Of a DNA stretch of 29,934 nucleotides, positions 14,562 to 24,229 are shown one piece after another. The notes below the pieces were generated by a model, which saw only the letters and a program-made list of their open reading frames with translations, did not search any database and had not been told where the DNA came from. Numbering within the stretch: the stretch's first letter is position 1; each line of letters begins with the position of its first letter. The translations under genes and the position numbers were made by a program. This DNA comes from Myxococcota bacterium (lineage in GTDB: Bacteria > Myxococcota_A > UBA9160 > PR03), in the NCBI GenBank assembly GCA_041611735.1, contig JBFIML010000048.1, forward strand, positions 1 to 29,934. The letters run 5' to 3'.

Positions 14562-17500
14562 TCACACCACCAGCAGGATGCCGGTGGCGGCTTCGCCGGT
14601 GGCGGTGCGCACGGCCTCCACGTAGAGGGCCACCTGCGCCACGTAGACCGGCCGCTGGGAGGCCAGCTCCCGGTCGGTCTTGAAGTCGATCACGGTCCAG
14701 AGGGCGACGGCGCCGGACTTCTCGCGGAAGGCCAGGTCGACGACGCCCTCGGCGAGGATGCCGTCCGGTAGCCGCAAGAGGACCGGGGTCTCGCGACGGC
14801 AGTCGCCGCGCCGGGCGGCGGCGGCGGCCCGGCGCAGGAGCGGATGGGCCAGCGCCGCGTGGGCGGCGCGGGCGGCGGCCTCGATCTCCTGCTGGGAGGC
14901 GCCCACCAGACGGCCGTGCATGCGCGCCGCCGCGCCGACGCCGGCCGCGTCGGCGTCCAGATCCACCGTCGCGAGGACGGCGTGAACGAGCGTGCCGAAG
15001 CGACGCCCGCCCGGACGCCCGGTGCGCTCGGACGCCACCTCGTGGACGGCGACCTCGCCCTCCCCTGCGGCGGGTTGCTGCTTCGCCAGGTCCACCACCC
15101 GCGCCACGCGGATCGATTCGACGCCGCCGCGCTCGAGCCTCTCCTGGCGGCGCTGCTGCCACGCCGCGTGGGCCCGGATGCCGGCCTGGGAGCGCGTTCC
15201 GCCGGCATCCGCCTGCAGGATCCGCTGCTGGCGCAGGCCCACCCCCTCCTCCACGTCGAGCGCGAGAACCGCCGGGTCCCACCAGACGACTTCGTGCTCG
15301 CCGGCCTCGGGACGCACGAGGCCGGGCCGCACCGAGCCGCCCGGGCCCCCGCTGCAGGCGTCCGGCCGCTCGAGCACCGAGTCCGGGCCGAAGGCCGGAC
15401 ATCCGGCCGCAGGCTGGGAGTCGCGGCGCTTCTCCGGGGCCGGATACAGCACCGGATCCAGCATCCCGAGCCAGCGTTCGTCGGGGCGGCCGTCCCGGTC
15501 GCCGATCACCGGCACGATCAGGAGATCGCGCGCCCGGGTGGCGGCCACGTAGCTGAGCCGGATCGACTCCTCCCGGTCGTGGCGCCGCTCCCGCTCTTCG
15601 GCGTCGCGCAGGTCGTGGGGCACGCAGCCGCACAGGGGCTCCGCCCAGACCCCGCGCGCCGCGTCCACGAAGCGGGTCGGGTTGCGGCCCACCAGGTTGC
15701 AGGTCGGGTCCGCCAGCACCACCACCGGAAACTCGAGGCCCTTGGCCTTGTGCACGGTCATGATGCGCACCCCCTCGGTGCCCTCCTCCACCACCGGGGC
15801 GTCCTGGGCCTCGCCGCGCTCGGCCTCCGCCTCCAGGTGCTCCACGAAGGCCCGGAAGGAGGGCGCTCCCCTGGCCTCGAAGCGGCGCGCCACGTCCACG
15901 GTGCGCAGGCAGTTGGCCAGCGCCTGCTCGCCGGTGGGCCAGATGGCGATCCCGGCGTGGGCGCGCACGGCGGCCAGCAGCCGCGCGATCGTGTCGGCGA
16001 TGGGGCGGTGGTTGCGCCGGCGGTGCAGGCGCCCCAGGCGCTCGAGGGCCTCGGCCACCTCGCGCTCCGGCGCGTCCAGCTCCGCCAGCAGCGCGGGCGG
16101 GTGCGGCCGCAGAGTGAAGAAGCGGCCGACCCGGTGGCGATAGGCCAGCAGCGCGTCGTCCCCCAACGCGAAGAGAGGCCCGCGCAAGCTGGCGTAGACG
16201 CGCAGCTCGTCGTCGGGCCACTCGATGGCGCCCAGGGCGTTGCGGATGGCCAGCACCTCCTCGCGGTCGTGGAAGGAGCGCCCGCCCACCAGCACGTGCG
16301 GCATGCGGCGCGCCTCCAGGGCGCGCACGTAGGGACGTGTCACGTCGCGTTCGAAGCTCCTGAAGCGGCGGAACAGCAGGCAGACGTGCCGCGCCCGGAC
16401 GGGGACCGACTCCCGCGTGATGGGATCCTGCACGGTCCAGCCGCTCTCCTGCACCAGCCAGGCCACGAAGGCGCCTACCGCGTCGGGACAGGACTCCTCG
16501 ATCTTCCAGTGCGCGACCTTGCCGTAGTCCGCGTAGGGCCGGGGCACGGGCAGCGCCACCAGGGACGGGCGGCCCGCCACCTCGTCGCGGAAGCGCTCCA
16601 GGGATACGTAGTCCGCCTGGCTGCCGTCCTGGCTCGCAGTGATCACCGGCGCGAAGGCCGCGTTCACGGCGGCCTGCAGCGGCGGCAGCGCCCGGAAGCT
16701 CGTGCTGAGCTGGAGGACGTCCGCGCCGCCCGCAGCGAGCTGGCGCTTCACGGCCTCGTAGGTCATGACGTCGGCGCGGCGGAAGCGGTAGATGGACTGC
16801 TTCGGATCGCCCACGATGAAGAGCTTGCCGGGCACGACGGCGACCCGACGCCAGTCCGTCGTGGCGGGATCGTCTGCCGCCAGCAGCAGGATCAGCTCCG
16901 CCTGCACGGGGTCGGTGTCCTGGAACTCGTCCACGAAGAAGTGGGTGAAGCGGCGCTGGAACTCGCTGCGCACGACGGCGTCGCTGCGCACCAGGTCCCG
17001 GGCGCGCACCAGGAGGTCCAGGAAGTCGAGCTTCCCGGCCCGCGCCTTGAGCGCCTCGTAGGCCCTGACCGCCGGGCGCAGCTCCTCGCGCAGACGGGCG
17101 GCCAGGTCCGCCTCGGAGGCCTCCAGGAGCTCGTCCAGCCGTTCCTTGATCGCGTCCCGGCGCGCCAGCACGTCGTCGCGGTGGAGCTCGCCGAACGAGG
17201 TCCGCGCGCTTCCCTTCCAGGTCCAGCCCACCTTGTTGGGCCCGGAATTGCGGCGGGCGAGGCGCCAGAGGTCGCTCTCCAGCCCGTCGTAGTCGCGCCC
17301 GCCGCGAACACCCTCCACGAGCCGCGTCTCCGCCACGAAGTCGCCCAGGTTGCGCAGGTTCTTGGCGAGCCAGTCGTCGGCCCAGCTCGCCTGGTGGGCG
17401 AGCGCGGCGACCGCCGCCAGCTCCTCCATCACGGCGTCGATGGCGGCGTCGCGGTCGAAGCCCGGGTCGCGTCGCCATGCCGCCGCGAAGTCCCGGTGCT

Positions 17501-18068
17501 CCGCCAGCTTCGCCACCGCGGCGCGGACCTGCTCGCGGGGGCCGATCTCGCCGCGGTTGCGCGCCCGGCGGCGCAGCAGGCGTCGCACGCCCTCGGGCGG
17601 GTCGGAGAGCACGCCCTGGAACCAGCCCTCGAAGGCGCGGTCCAGCAGCCGCGCCGATTCCTCCTCGTCCGCCATCTCGAACAGGGGATCCACGCCGGCC
17701 TCGATGGGGCGCTCGTGCAGCAGGTCCGCACAGAAGGCATGGATGGTCATGATGCGCGCCAGCTCGAGCTGCTCGAGGGCGCGGTCCAGGTGGGTGCGCT
17801 CGGCGGCTTCCGCCGCGCTGCGCGCGGTCTCGATCTCGGCACGCAGGCGCAGCTTCATCTCCCCGGCGGCCTTCTCGGTGAAGGTCACCGCCACGATGCG
17901 GTCCAGGGTTCCGAGGCCAGAGCGCAGGAGCGAGACCATGCGGCCCACCAGGGCGGTGGTCTTGCCCGTCCCGGCGGCCGCCTCCACGAAGAGGGTGGCG
18001 TCGAGGTCGTCGCGGATGCGGGCGCGGGCCGCCGCGTCCTTGAGGGGCTTGCGCCGCGCCGCGCTCAC
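14562..18068 (-). CDS. addA: UvrD-type helicase/RecB-type nuclease AddA
   Basis: GTG 18068 overlaps the addB stop. EAAAGTGKTT, VTFTEKAAGEM, VDEFQDTD, VGDPKQSIYRFRRAD, MTVHKAKGLEF, YVAATRARD, and nuclease GVVDL...IDFKTD. Confidence 0.92.
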   Translation of the reverse strand: MSAARRKPLKDAAARARIRDDLDATLFVEAAAGTGKTTALVGRMVSLLRSGLGTLDRIVAVTFTEKAAGEMKLRLRAEIETARSAAEAAERTHLDRALEQLELARIMTIHAFCADLLHERPIEAGVDPLFEMADEEESARLLDRAFEGWFQGVLSDPPEGVRRLLRRRARNRGEIGPREQVRAAVAKLAEHRDFAAAWRRDPGFDRDAAIDAVMEELAAVAALAHQASWADDWLAKNLRNLGDFVAETRLVEGVRGGRDYDGLESDLWRLARRNSGPNKVGWTWKGSARTSFGELHRDDVLARRDAIKERLDELLEASEADLAARLREELRPAVRAYEALKARAGKLDFLDLLVRARDLVRSDAVVRSEFQRRFTHFFVDEFQDTDPVQAELILLLAADDPATTDWRRVAVVPGKLFIVGDPKQSIYRFRRADVMTYEAVKRQLAAGGADVLQLSTSFRALPPLQAAVNAAFAPVITASQDGSQADYVSLERFRDEVAGRPSLVALPVPRPYADYGKVAHWKIEESCPDAVGAFVAWLVQESGWTVQDPITRESVPVRARHVCLLFRRFRSFERDVTRPYVRALEARRMPHVLVGGRSFHDREEVLAIRNALGAIEWPDDELRVYASLRGPLFALGDDALLAYRHRVGRFFTLRPHPPALLAELDAPEREVAEALERLGRLHRRRNHRPIADTIARLLAAVRAHAGIAIWPTGEQALANCLRTVDVARRFEARGAPSFRAFVEHLEAEAERGEAQDAPVVEEGTEGVRIMTVHKAKGLEFPVVVLADPTCNLVGRNPTRFVDAARGVWAEPLCGCVPHDLRDAEERERRHDREESIRLSYVAATRARDLLIVPVIGDRDGRPDERWLGMLDPVLYPAPEKRRDSQPAAGCPAFGPDSVLERPDACSGGPGGSVRPGLVRPEAGEHEVVWWDPAVLALDVEEGVGLRQQRILQADAGGTRSQAGIRAHAAWQQRRQERLERGGVESIRVARVVDLAKQQPAAGEGEVAVHEVASERTGRPGGRRFGTLVHAVLATVDLDADAAGVGAAARMHGRLVGASQQEIEAAARAAHAALAHPLLRRAAAAARRGDCRRETPVLLRLPDGILAEGVVDLAFREKSGAVALWTVIDFKTDRELASQRPVYVAQVALYVEAVRTATGEAATGILLVV

Positions 18069-21000
18069 GAGAGCCCCCGCAGCTGCTCGAGGGCGCGCAC
18101 CTGCTCGTGGTCCCTGGGCTTGCGGCGCGTGCGCAGCTCCTCGTAGGGCCCGCACACCGTGGCGTAGTCGCAGAAGCGGCAGGCGTTGCGGGCCGGGAGC
18201 GCCGGCAGGAAGGGATCCGCCAGGGCCGACCCCACCACGCGGGCGACGGCCTCCGCCCGGGCGCGCGCCGTCGCGTCCAGGCGGACCACCCGGTCCACGA
18301 AGCCCCCGGCGGAGGTGCAGTAGGAGAGGCGACCCGACTCGACCTCCTGGTCCGGAAAGAGCTTCTCGGCGGCCAGGGCGTACAGGACCGGCTGGAGCGT
18401 CTCGCCGCCCGCGATCACCTGGCCCTCCTCGAAGCGCACCCTGCCGGTCTTGTGGTCGGTCACGCGCAGGGTGCCGTCCGCGCGCTTCTCCACCAGGTCG
18501 ATCGAGCCCCGCAGCCGGAGACCGCAGTCGAGCGAGGCCGGCTCGGCCACCGAGTGGGGGTCGCGCTCGCGCGTCCCGGGCAGGCCGAAGCCCAGCTCGA
18601 AGCGCCAGGGCACGAAGCCCGAGTCGTCCTCGGCGCTGCGCCGCAGCCACTCGCGCAGGTCGGCGCGGATCGAGTCGATCCCGTTCTGCCAGACGCGCTG
18701 AATGGCCGGCGCCAGCTCCTCGCGATGGCGCGACGCCACGGCGTCCAGCACCTGGTCGAGGGCTGCGCGGGCCGGCTCCAGATTGGCCGGCCGCACGGGC
18801 AGGTGCTGCTCGGCTGCCAGGCGCCGGAAGAGCTCGTACTGCACCTCGTGCACCAGGGCACCGCGCTGGAGCGGATCGAGCTCGTCCACCGCCTCGGGCA
18901 CCTCGCGCGGCGCCAGGCGGTGCACCGTGTAGAGGAAGAAGCGATACGGGCAGGACGCGAAGCTCTGGAGCGCCGTCGGGGAGAAGCTCCGGGCGGCCAG
19001 GCCGTGGCCGGCCAGGGCCTCGAGGGCTCCCTGGGCGAGGTCGCCGTCCGGCACCAGCCCGTCCGCCACCGTCCAGCGCTTGAGCCAGCGCCGGGCCCGG
19101 AAGCGGAGCGCACGCCCGAGGTGCGGGTTCGCCTCGAGCAGGTAGTGCGCGGCCCCGACGCTCTTCTCCTCGTCCTGGTCGAGGACGTCGTTCAACAGGG
19201 CGAGATCGTGCTCCGCCGCGTCGATGGCGTCCTCGGGCGCGCGCGGCGCCGGCCAGCCCACGCGCGCCTCCGTCACCTGCTCGGCGCGGGCCGCCAGCTC
19301 GTCGAAGCCCGGCAGGCGCCCCTCGGCGGCGCGCAGCGCCTCGAGCGCGTAGAAGGACGGGACCCGGGGACGCGACTGCTGGAGGTCGAGGCGCGGATAG
19401 GAGAGGACTGCGCGCTGGCGCGCCGCCCCCACCGCCAGGCGCAGGGCCAGGCGCTCGCGGGCCACCCGCGTCTCGTTGGTGGGAAGGCCCGCAGCGAGGC
19501 GCGTGCGGTCCGCGTCGAGCAGGATCGGCTCCTCCTGCACCTTGCGCGGAAAGAGCCGCTCGGCCAGGCCCGGCACGAAGACCACGTCGAAGGCGAGGCC
19601 GCGCGCCGCCTCCGCGGGTGCCACCAGGACGCGACCCTGGCGGCTCTCGGGCGGCTTCACCTCGAGCTCGAGCAGCCGCCGCCCGAGCACGAGCTGCACC
19701 TCCTCGAGGCCCACCGGGCCGATGGCCGCCATGGGCGCGAGCTCCGCCAGGACCGAGAGCACGCGCTCCGGGTGGCGCAGGGTACGGGTGGCCAGGGCGG
19801 AGAGCGCGTCGAGCCAATCGCCCCAGCTGGCGCGCTGCGGGAGCGCGGCCAGCGCGTCCACCAGCGGCAGGGCGAAGTCGCGCAGCGCCGTCAGGCGCTC
19901 CCGCTCCTGGTCGAGCCGTGCGGCCAGGGGATCGTCCGGGTCGTCTAGCTCCGAGCGCTGCAGCGCCAGCTCCCGGTCGAGGCCGGTGAGCCGGCGCGCC
20001 CAGCGCTCGCGCCCGCCGATCACTGCGGCCTCCATCAGGAGCCGTTCCCAGCGACGCGGGGCGCGCAGGGTGCCGGCGCGGACGGGGCGCGTGTCGGAAT
20101 CCGCGGCTTCCTCGGGCTGGATCCCGGCCGGCGGCGTGGCGGCCAGCGCCGCGGCCACCACCTCGGGGACGAGTTCCTCGTCGGGGGCCACCCAGCGCGC
20201 GCCAGGCGGCGGCGCCTCGGGCGGCGCGCCGCTCGGGTCGGCGTCGGGCACCTGGGCCAGGGAGAGGTACTCGGCGAAGCGACGCGCCGACAAGCGCTCG
20301 GCGGCGCAGGCCAGCAGCGCCAGGAAGGCGCGACCGGCCGGATCGGGCCTCGTCGAGCCGCGGGCGAACCAGGCGGGAACGTCGGCGCGCGCCAGGGCCT
20401 CCTCCAGGTGGCGCCGGTACTCGTCGGGCGAGCGCAGCAGGATGGCCATGCGGTCGAAGGGGATCCCCTCGGCCGCGAAGCGGTGCAGGCGCCGGGCGAT
20501 CTCCACGCACTCGCGCCCCTCGCCGGGCGCCGAGAAGACCACCACCTCGCCGTCCAGGGCGCCCTCGGGCGGCGCGCTGTCCTCGAAGAGATGGGTCTGG
20601 AGGCGAGCGAGCGCCCCTTCGGCGCTGGCGCGCGGCGCGAGCTCCTTGAGCTTGGCGCCCAGGGCCGACGCCAGCTGGGCGGCGCTGGTCTCGTCGCCGG
20701 GCGGGAGGGTGGCCAGCATCTCCGGCGCGCGGGCCGCCACCGCCGCCACCAGCTCCCGGTCCGCCGCCGTCTCGATGGCCACGTCCACGAACAGCGTGGG
20801 GAGGCCCAGCAGTGCGTGCTCGTGGCGGGCATCGCGCGCCGCGTGCGTAGCGAGCTCGAACACGATGGCGCGGTCCGCCAGGCGCGCCCGCTCGAGCTCC
20901 GCGGCGTAGGCCACGGCGATCGCCGCCAGCTCCGGGGCGACGTCGTTCAGCCGCTCGGGCGCCACGCACGCGAGGCGCAGCTCGCCGAGCGTCCGGGCCA

Positions 21001-21367
21001 CCGCGCGGGGAAGGCCGGGCCCCCCCACGGCGTCCGCGTAGCGGCCGAGCCGCCCGGCCGCGTGGAGCTCGTGCAGCACGCGGGCCACCGCCGCCTCGGC
21101 CGCCAGCGCTCCGATCGACGCCAGCTCGCGCTCCACGAGGGCGGGCGTCGCCAGCTCCGCCGCGAGCCGCCCGAGCGTCTCCCGCTGCCACCCGAACGCC
21201 GCCCCGGCGGTGGCGTCGAGGGCCACTCGCCGCAGGAGCTCCGCGCCCGCCTCGGGGCTCGCGGCCACCACCAGCACCGGCTCGCCGGCCGGCCGGCCCG
21301 CCAGCCACGCCCGGGCGCGGGCCAGGCGTTGCTCCGTCCCGTTTGCGCGCAGGAGGCTCGCCGCCAC
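18065..21367 (-). CDS. addB: Inactive-helicase/PD-(D/E)XK nuclease AddB with Fe-S staple
   Basis: ARGLAFDVVFVPGLAE, SPTALQSFASCPYRFF, GSIDLVE...VTDHKTG, QPVLY, C-terminal CRFCDYATVC. Paired with addA. Confidence 0.9.
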   Translation of the reverse strand: MAASLLRANGTEQRLARARAWLAGRPAGEPVLVVAASPEAGAELLRRVALDATAGAAFGWQRETLGRLAAELATPALVERELASIGALAAEAAVARVLHELHAAGRLGRYADAVGGPGLPRAVARTLGELRLACVAPERLNDVAPELAAIAVAYAAELERARLADRAIVFELATHAARDARHEHALLGLPTLFVDVAIETAADRELVAAVAARAPEMLATLPPGDETSAAQLASALGAKLKELAPRASAEGALARLQTHLFEDSAPPEGALDGEVVVFSAPGEGRECVEIARRLHRFAAEGIPFDRMAILLRSPDEYRRHLEEALARADVPAWFARGSTRPDPAGRAFLALLACAAERLSARRFAEYLSLAQVPDADPSGAPPEAPPPGARWVAPDEELVPEVVAAALAATPPAGIQPEEAADSDTRPVRAGTLRAPRRWERLLMEAAVIGGRERWARRLTGLDRELALQRSELDDPDDPLAARLDQERERLTALRDFALPLVDALAALPQRASWGDWLDALSALATRTLRHPERVLSVLAELAPMAAIGPVGLEEVQLVLGRRLLELEVKPPESRQGRVLVAPAEAARGLAFDVVFVPGLAERLFPRKVQEEPILLDADRTRLAAGLPTNETRVARERLALRLAVGAARQRAVLSYPRLDLQQSRPRVPSFYALEALRAAEGRLPGFDELAARAEQVTEARVGWPAPRAPEDAIDAAEHDLALLNDVLDQDEEKSVGAAHYLLEANPHLGRALRFRARRWLKRWTVADGLVPDGDLAQGALEALAGHGLAARSFSPTALQSFASCPYRFFLYTVHRLAPREVPEAVDELDPLQRGALVHEVQYELFRRLAAEQHLPVRPANLEPARAALDQVLDAVASRHREELAPAIQRVWQNGIDSIRADLREWLRRSAEDDSGFVPWRFELGFGLPGTRERDPHSVAEPASLDCGLRLRGSIDLVEKRADGTLRVTDHKTGRVRFEEGQVIAGGETLQPVLYALAAEKLFPDQEVESGRLSYCTSAGGFVDRVVRLDATARARAEAVARVVGSALADPFLPALPARNACRFCDYATVCGPYEELRTRRKPRDHEQVRALEQLRGLS

Positions 21368-21520
21368 GGCCCGAACGCTACCCCAGGGCCGCGACAGGAG
21401 CGGTCACGCCGATCCCCTCGGAAACGCAGCCCGGAAACGCACCGGTCTGCCGCCCCGTGGGGTGAAGGGGACGGGTGGCGGACCGTCCAGCCGGCGGCCC
21501 GTCGGGCCGATGCGCCTGCC

Positions 21521-22372
21521 GTGGACTTCGCGCCGAGCTTCCGCGTCACCCCCCGGATGCTGCGCCAGCTCAAGGCCATCGAGCAGACCACCGGCTTCCT
21601 GAAGGCGGTGCAGCTGCGGCCGGAGTGGATCGCCCAGGTGCGCAGCCGGATCCAGGTCCAGGAGGCCCTGGCCAGCCTTCGGATCGAGGGCAACTCGCTC
21701 ACCCTGGAGGAGGCCTTTGCCCTGGCGCGCGAGCTCCCGGCACGCGAACTGCGCAACGCGGAGCGCGAGTTCTGCAACTACCTGCGCGCCTTCGAGGCCA
21801 TCGACGGCCTGCGCGGGGCGCGGGATGCCGTCCTCACCCCGGGCGACCTCCTGAACCTGCATCGGATCCTGATGGACGGCGTGCGGGGTGGCCACCGCTT
21901 TGCGGGAGAGCTCCGCCGCGAGGACGTGAAGGTGGGCGACGTGGTGGGCGGCACGACCGTGATCCATCACCACCCGCCCTCGTGGCTGCGGGTCGAGGCC
22001 GAGACCCGGGCGCTGCTCCGGTGGATCGAGGCCGCCAAGCAGAAGGGAGACGGCGACGACGACCCCTGGGTGCACCCGGTCATCCAGGCCGGCATCGCCC
22101 AGCATCGCCTGGTCTGGATCCACCCCTTCGTGGACGGCAACGGGCGCACCGCCCGCATGTTCACCACGCTGCTGCTCCACCAGCGCGACTACGACTTCAA
22201 GTACCACTTCGAGCTGTCGAGCTACTACGACGAGAATCGCGACGATTACTACCGCGCTCTGCGCAGCGCAGACGCCAGCGGCGACTACACCGAGTGGCTC
22301 ACGTACTTCCTGGGCGGGTTCGCGTACCAGATGGTCGGGATCCAGGAGCTGGTGCGCGAAGGCGTGGCGTGA
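21521..22372 (+). CDS. Fic family protein (class II, N-terminal inhibitory helix)
   Basis: Catalytic HPFVDGNGRTAR and inhibitory SLRIEGN. The start is uncertain (GTG 21521 or ATG 21557). Confidence 0.9.
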   Translation: MDFAPSFRVTPRMLRQLKAIEQTTGFLKAVQLRPEWIAQVRSRIQVQEALASLRIEGNSLTLEEAFALARELPARELRNAEREFCNYLRAFEAIDGLRGARDAVLTPGDLLNLHRILMDGVRGGHRFAGELRREDVKVGDVVGGTTVIHHHPPSWLRVEAETRALLRWIEAAKQKGDGDDDPWVHPVIQAGIAQHRLVWIHPFVDGNGRTARMFTTLLLHQRDYDFKYHFELSSYYDENRDDYYRALRSADASGDYTEWLTYFLGGFAYQMVGIQELVREGVA

Positions 22373-22378
22373 GCTCCA

Positions 22379-23152
22379 TCAGCGGCCGCGCCAGGCCGGG
22401 GCGCGCGGCGAGGGCTGCGACCAGCCATGGTAGGGATGACGCGCCACGAGCTTCCGGTCGCGGAACGGGAAGATCAGCACGGCCCCGGCCAGGAAGCCGC
22501 CCACGTGCGCCCAGAAGGCCACGCCCCCGCCCTCGCGCCCCAGCGAGCCCGCGCCGCCCAGGAGCTGGAGCAGGAACCAGTAGCCGAGCATGAAGATCGC
22601 CGGGACGACGACGCGGGTCACGTAGAAGCCCAGCACCAGCAGCATGTGCACGCGCACGCGCGGGTAGAGCACCACGTAGGCGCCCATCACGCCGCCGATG
22701 GCCCCGGAGGCGCCCACCATGGGCACCGCCGAGCCCGGGTTGAAGAAGACCTGGAGGGCCGCCGCCGCCAGGCCGCAGAGCAGGTAGAAGACCACGAAGC
22801 GCGCGTGCCCCATGGAGTCCTCGACGTTGTTCCCGAAGATCCAGAGGAACCACATGTTGCCCACGATGTGCAGCCAGCCGCCGTGCAGGAACATGGAGGT
22901 GAGCGGCGTGAACCAGGTGGAGGTGGCGCCCAGGGTGCAGGCCACGCCGGGCCCCAGCGGAACCATCGTCCCGGGCGCCACGAGACCCAGCAGCTCGCCG
23001 GGGATCAGCCCGAGTTCGCACACCGAGCGCGTCAGCAAGGGCTGGCTCCCGAGCCCCTGCACCAGCGCCCAGACCAGGGCGTTGACCGCGATCACGCCGT
23101 AGGTCACGACGGGGGTCAGGTAGTGGGGATTGTCGTCGCGGATCGGAAACAC
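22379..23152 (-). CDS. Rhomboid family intramembrane serine protease
   Basis: MFPIRDDNP, SMFLHGGWLHIVGNM, GASGAIGG, AFWAHVGGF. Confidence 0.93.
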   Translation of the reverse strand: MFPIRDDNPHYLTPVVTYGVIAVNALVWALVQGLGSQPLLTRSVCELGLIPGELLGLVAPGTMVPLGPGVACTLGATSTWFTPLTSMFLHGGWLHIVGNMWFLWIFGNNVEDSMGHARFVVFYLLCGLAAAALQVFFNPGSAVPMVGASGAIGGVMGAYVVLYPRVRVHMLLVLGFYVTRVVVPAIFMLGYWFLLQLLGGAGSLGREGGGVAFWAHVGGFLAGAVLIFPFRDRKLVARHPYHGWSQPSPRAPAWRGR

Positions 23153-23221
23153 GGGCGTCCTTCCCGGCTCAGGATACCCGCTGCGGGCTCCGGTCGGGAC
23201 CCACGCAGACCGCGAACTGGC

Positions 23222-23659
23222 TCACGAGTGGCGCTTGTAGCGGGCCGCGGCAGCCAGGGAGTGGGCGCTGCGCAGGGTCGATCGGATGTGCTCGCGCAGC
23301 GTGTCCGGCGTCCAGCTGTACATGCCGTCGGCGGACTTCGCTCCCGCGGGCTTGGTGCACGGAATCTCCGGCCGGCCCCAGAGCAGGAAGTAGGGCTTCT
23401 GCTGCTCGCGGGCGATGCGGAGCTCCGCGCTGACGCGCGGCGAGACGTCCGTATGCTCGCCGCAGATCACGATCACCTGATCCACCTGGCGGATGCGGCG
23501 GCGCACCCGCTCCTCCCAGGCCTCGTCTGGCTCTCCCGCCTGGGAGCGGGCCACCACCTCGAAGCCCGAGCCGTGGACCCGCGACTCGGCGATCAGCCGA
23601 TCGTGGAGATCCTTGTCGTGATCCAGGTCGAAGCTGGTGTAGACCCGGGCGTGGCTCAC
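23222..23659 (-). CDS. TIR-like domain protein (MTH538/DUF1863, ThsB-like)
   Basis: RVYTSFDLDHD, RRIRQVDQVIVICGEHT..SPRVSAELRIA..QKPYFLLWG. Confidence 0.8.
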   Translation of the reverse strand: MSHARVYTSFDLDHDKDLHDRLIAESRVHGSGFEVVARSQAGEPDEAWEERVRRRIRQVDQVIVICGEHTDVSPRVSAELRIAREQQKPYFLLWGRPEIPCTKPAGAKSADGMYSWTPDTLREHIRSTLRSAHSLAAAARYKRHS

Positions 23660-23703
23660 GGATCACCTCGGGGAGGGAGGCGACCGCCCGTCAGCTGGAT
23701 CGC

Positions 23704-23841
23704 CTAGCGCCCCGGCGGGATGGTACACGGGTTGCAGACGGGATGAAACTCCAGCGGGAGCTTCGTCGAGTGGAGCTTGCCGCAGCGGGCACAGCTCACG
23801 AGGAGCGTCGCCCGTGCGAGATCCTTGAGCTTGGCAGTCAT
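23704..23841 (-). CDS. 45-aa putative zinc-ribbon microprotein
   Basis: MTAKLKDLARATLLVSCARCGKLHSTKLPLEFHPVCNPCTIPPGR has two CxxC motifs and a purine-rich GAAGGGGG upstream. Confidence 0.5.
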   Translation of the reverse strand: MTAKLKDLARATLLVSCARCGKLHSTKLPLEFHPVCNPCTIPPGR

Positions 23842-23882
23842 CAGCAGCGCCCCCCCTTCGATGCCACTTCGCCGGCAGAAGC

Positions 23883-23915
23883 AAAACGGGACGGGAGGCA
23901 GGACCTCCCGTCCCG
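23883..23915 (-). terminator. Rho-independent terminator of the RRM gene
   Basis: 12-bp perfect stem CGGGACGGGAGG/CCTCCCGTCCCG with a 5-nt loop, followed by TTTT on the minus strand, 20 nt after the stop. Confidence 0.85.
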
Positions 23916-23935
23916 ATCTGCTCGAAAACGACGGT

Positions 23936-24229
23936 CTAGTAGCGACCGCGGCCGAAGCCGCCGCCCCCACCGCCGCCGCGCTGGCGCTCCTCAGCCTCGT
24001 TCACCCGGAGGTTGCGACCCCCGAGCTCGGTCCCGTCGAGGGCGCGCTGCGCCTTGTCCGCGGCGCCCGCATCCTCCATCTCGACGAAGGCGAAGCCACG
24101 CGGCCGGCCGGTCTCGCGATCCGTGATCACGTTCACCGATCCGACACTTCCGTGCCGCTCGAAGAGCTGACGCAGCTCGTCCTCGGTGGTCGAGAAGGGG
24201 AGATTTCCAACGTACAACTTCTTACTCAA
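23936..24229 (-). CDS. RRM (RNP-1) RNA-binding protein with Gly-rich tail
   Basis: TTG start. RNP2 LYVGNL, RNP1 RGFAFVEM, tail RGGGGGGGFGRGRY. Confidence 0.95.
   Translation of the reverse strand: MSKKLYVGNLPFSTTEDELRQLFERHGSVGSVNVITDRETGRPRGFAFVEMEDAGAADKAQRALDGTELGGRNLRVNEAEERQRGGGGGGGFGRGRY

Noticed and set aside
14053-20909. Very long alternative-frame and antisense ORFs over addAB (e.g. 14053..17478, 14844..18146, 18107..19948)
   Set aside because: They are shadow ORFs expected from stop-codon scarcity at high GC, with no recognisable motifs.
14562-21308. 2248-aa ORF suggesting a giant helicase fusion
   Set aside because: The first ~1080 aa are Arg/Gly/Ala-rich off-frame translation overlapping addB. 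The real AddA begins at GTG 18068, coupled to the addB stop.
20408-21520. 654-aa Fic ORF
   Set aside because: The upstream part is antisense to addB. Only the region from about 21521 is Fic-like.
23222-23659. Calling a complete Thoeris defence system
   Set aside because: No ThsA-type effector is present in the window.
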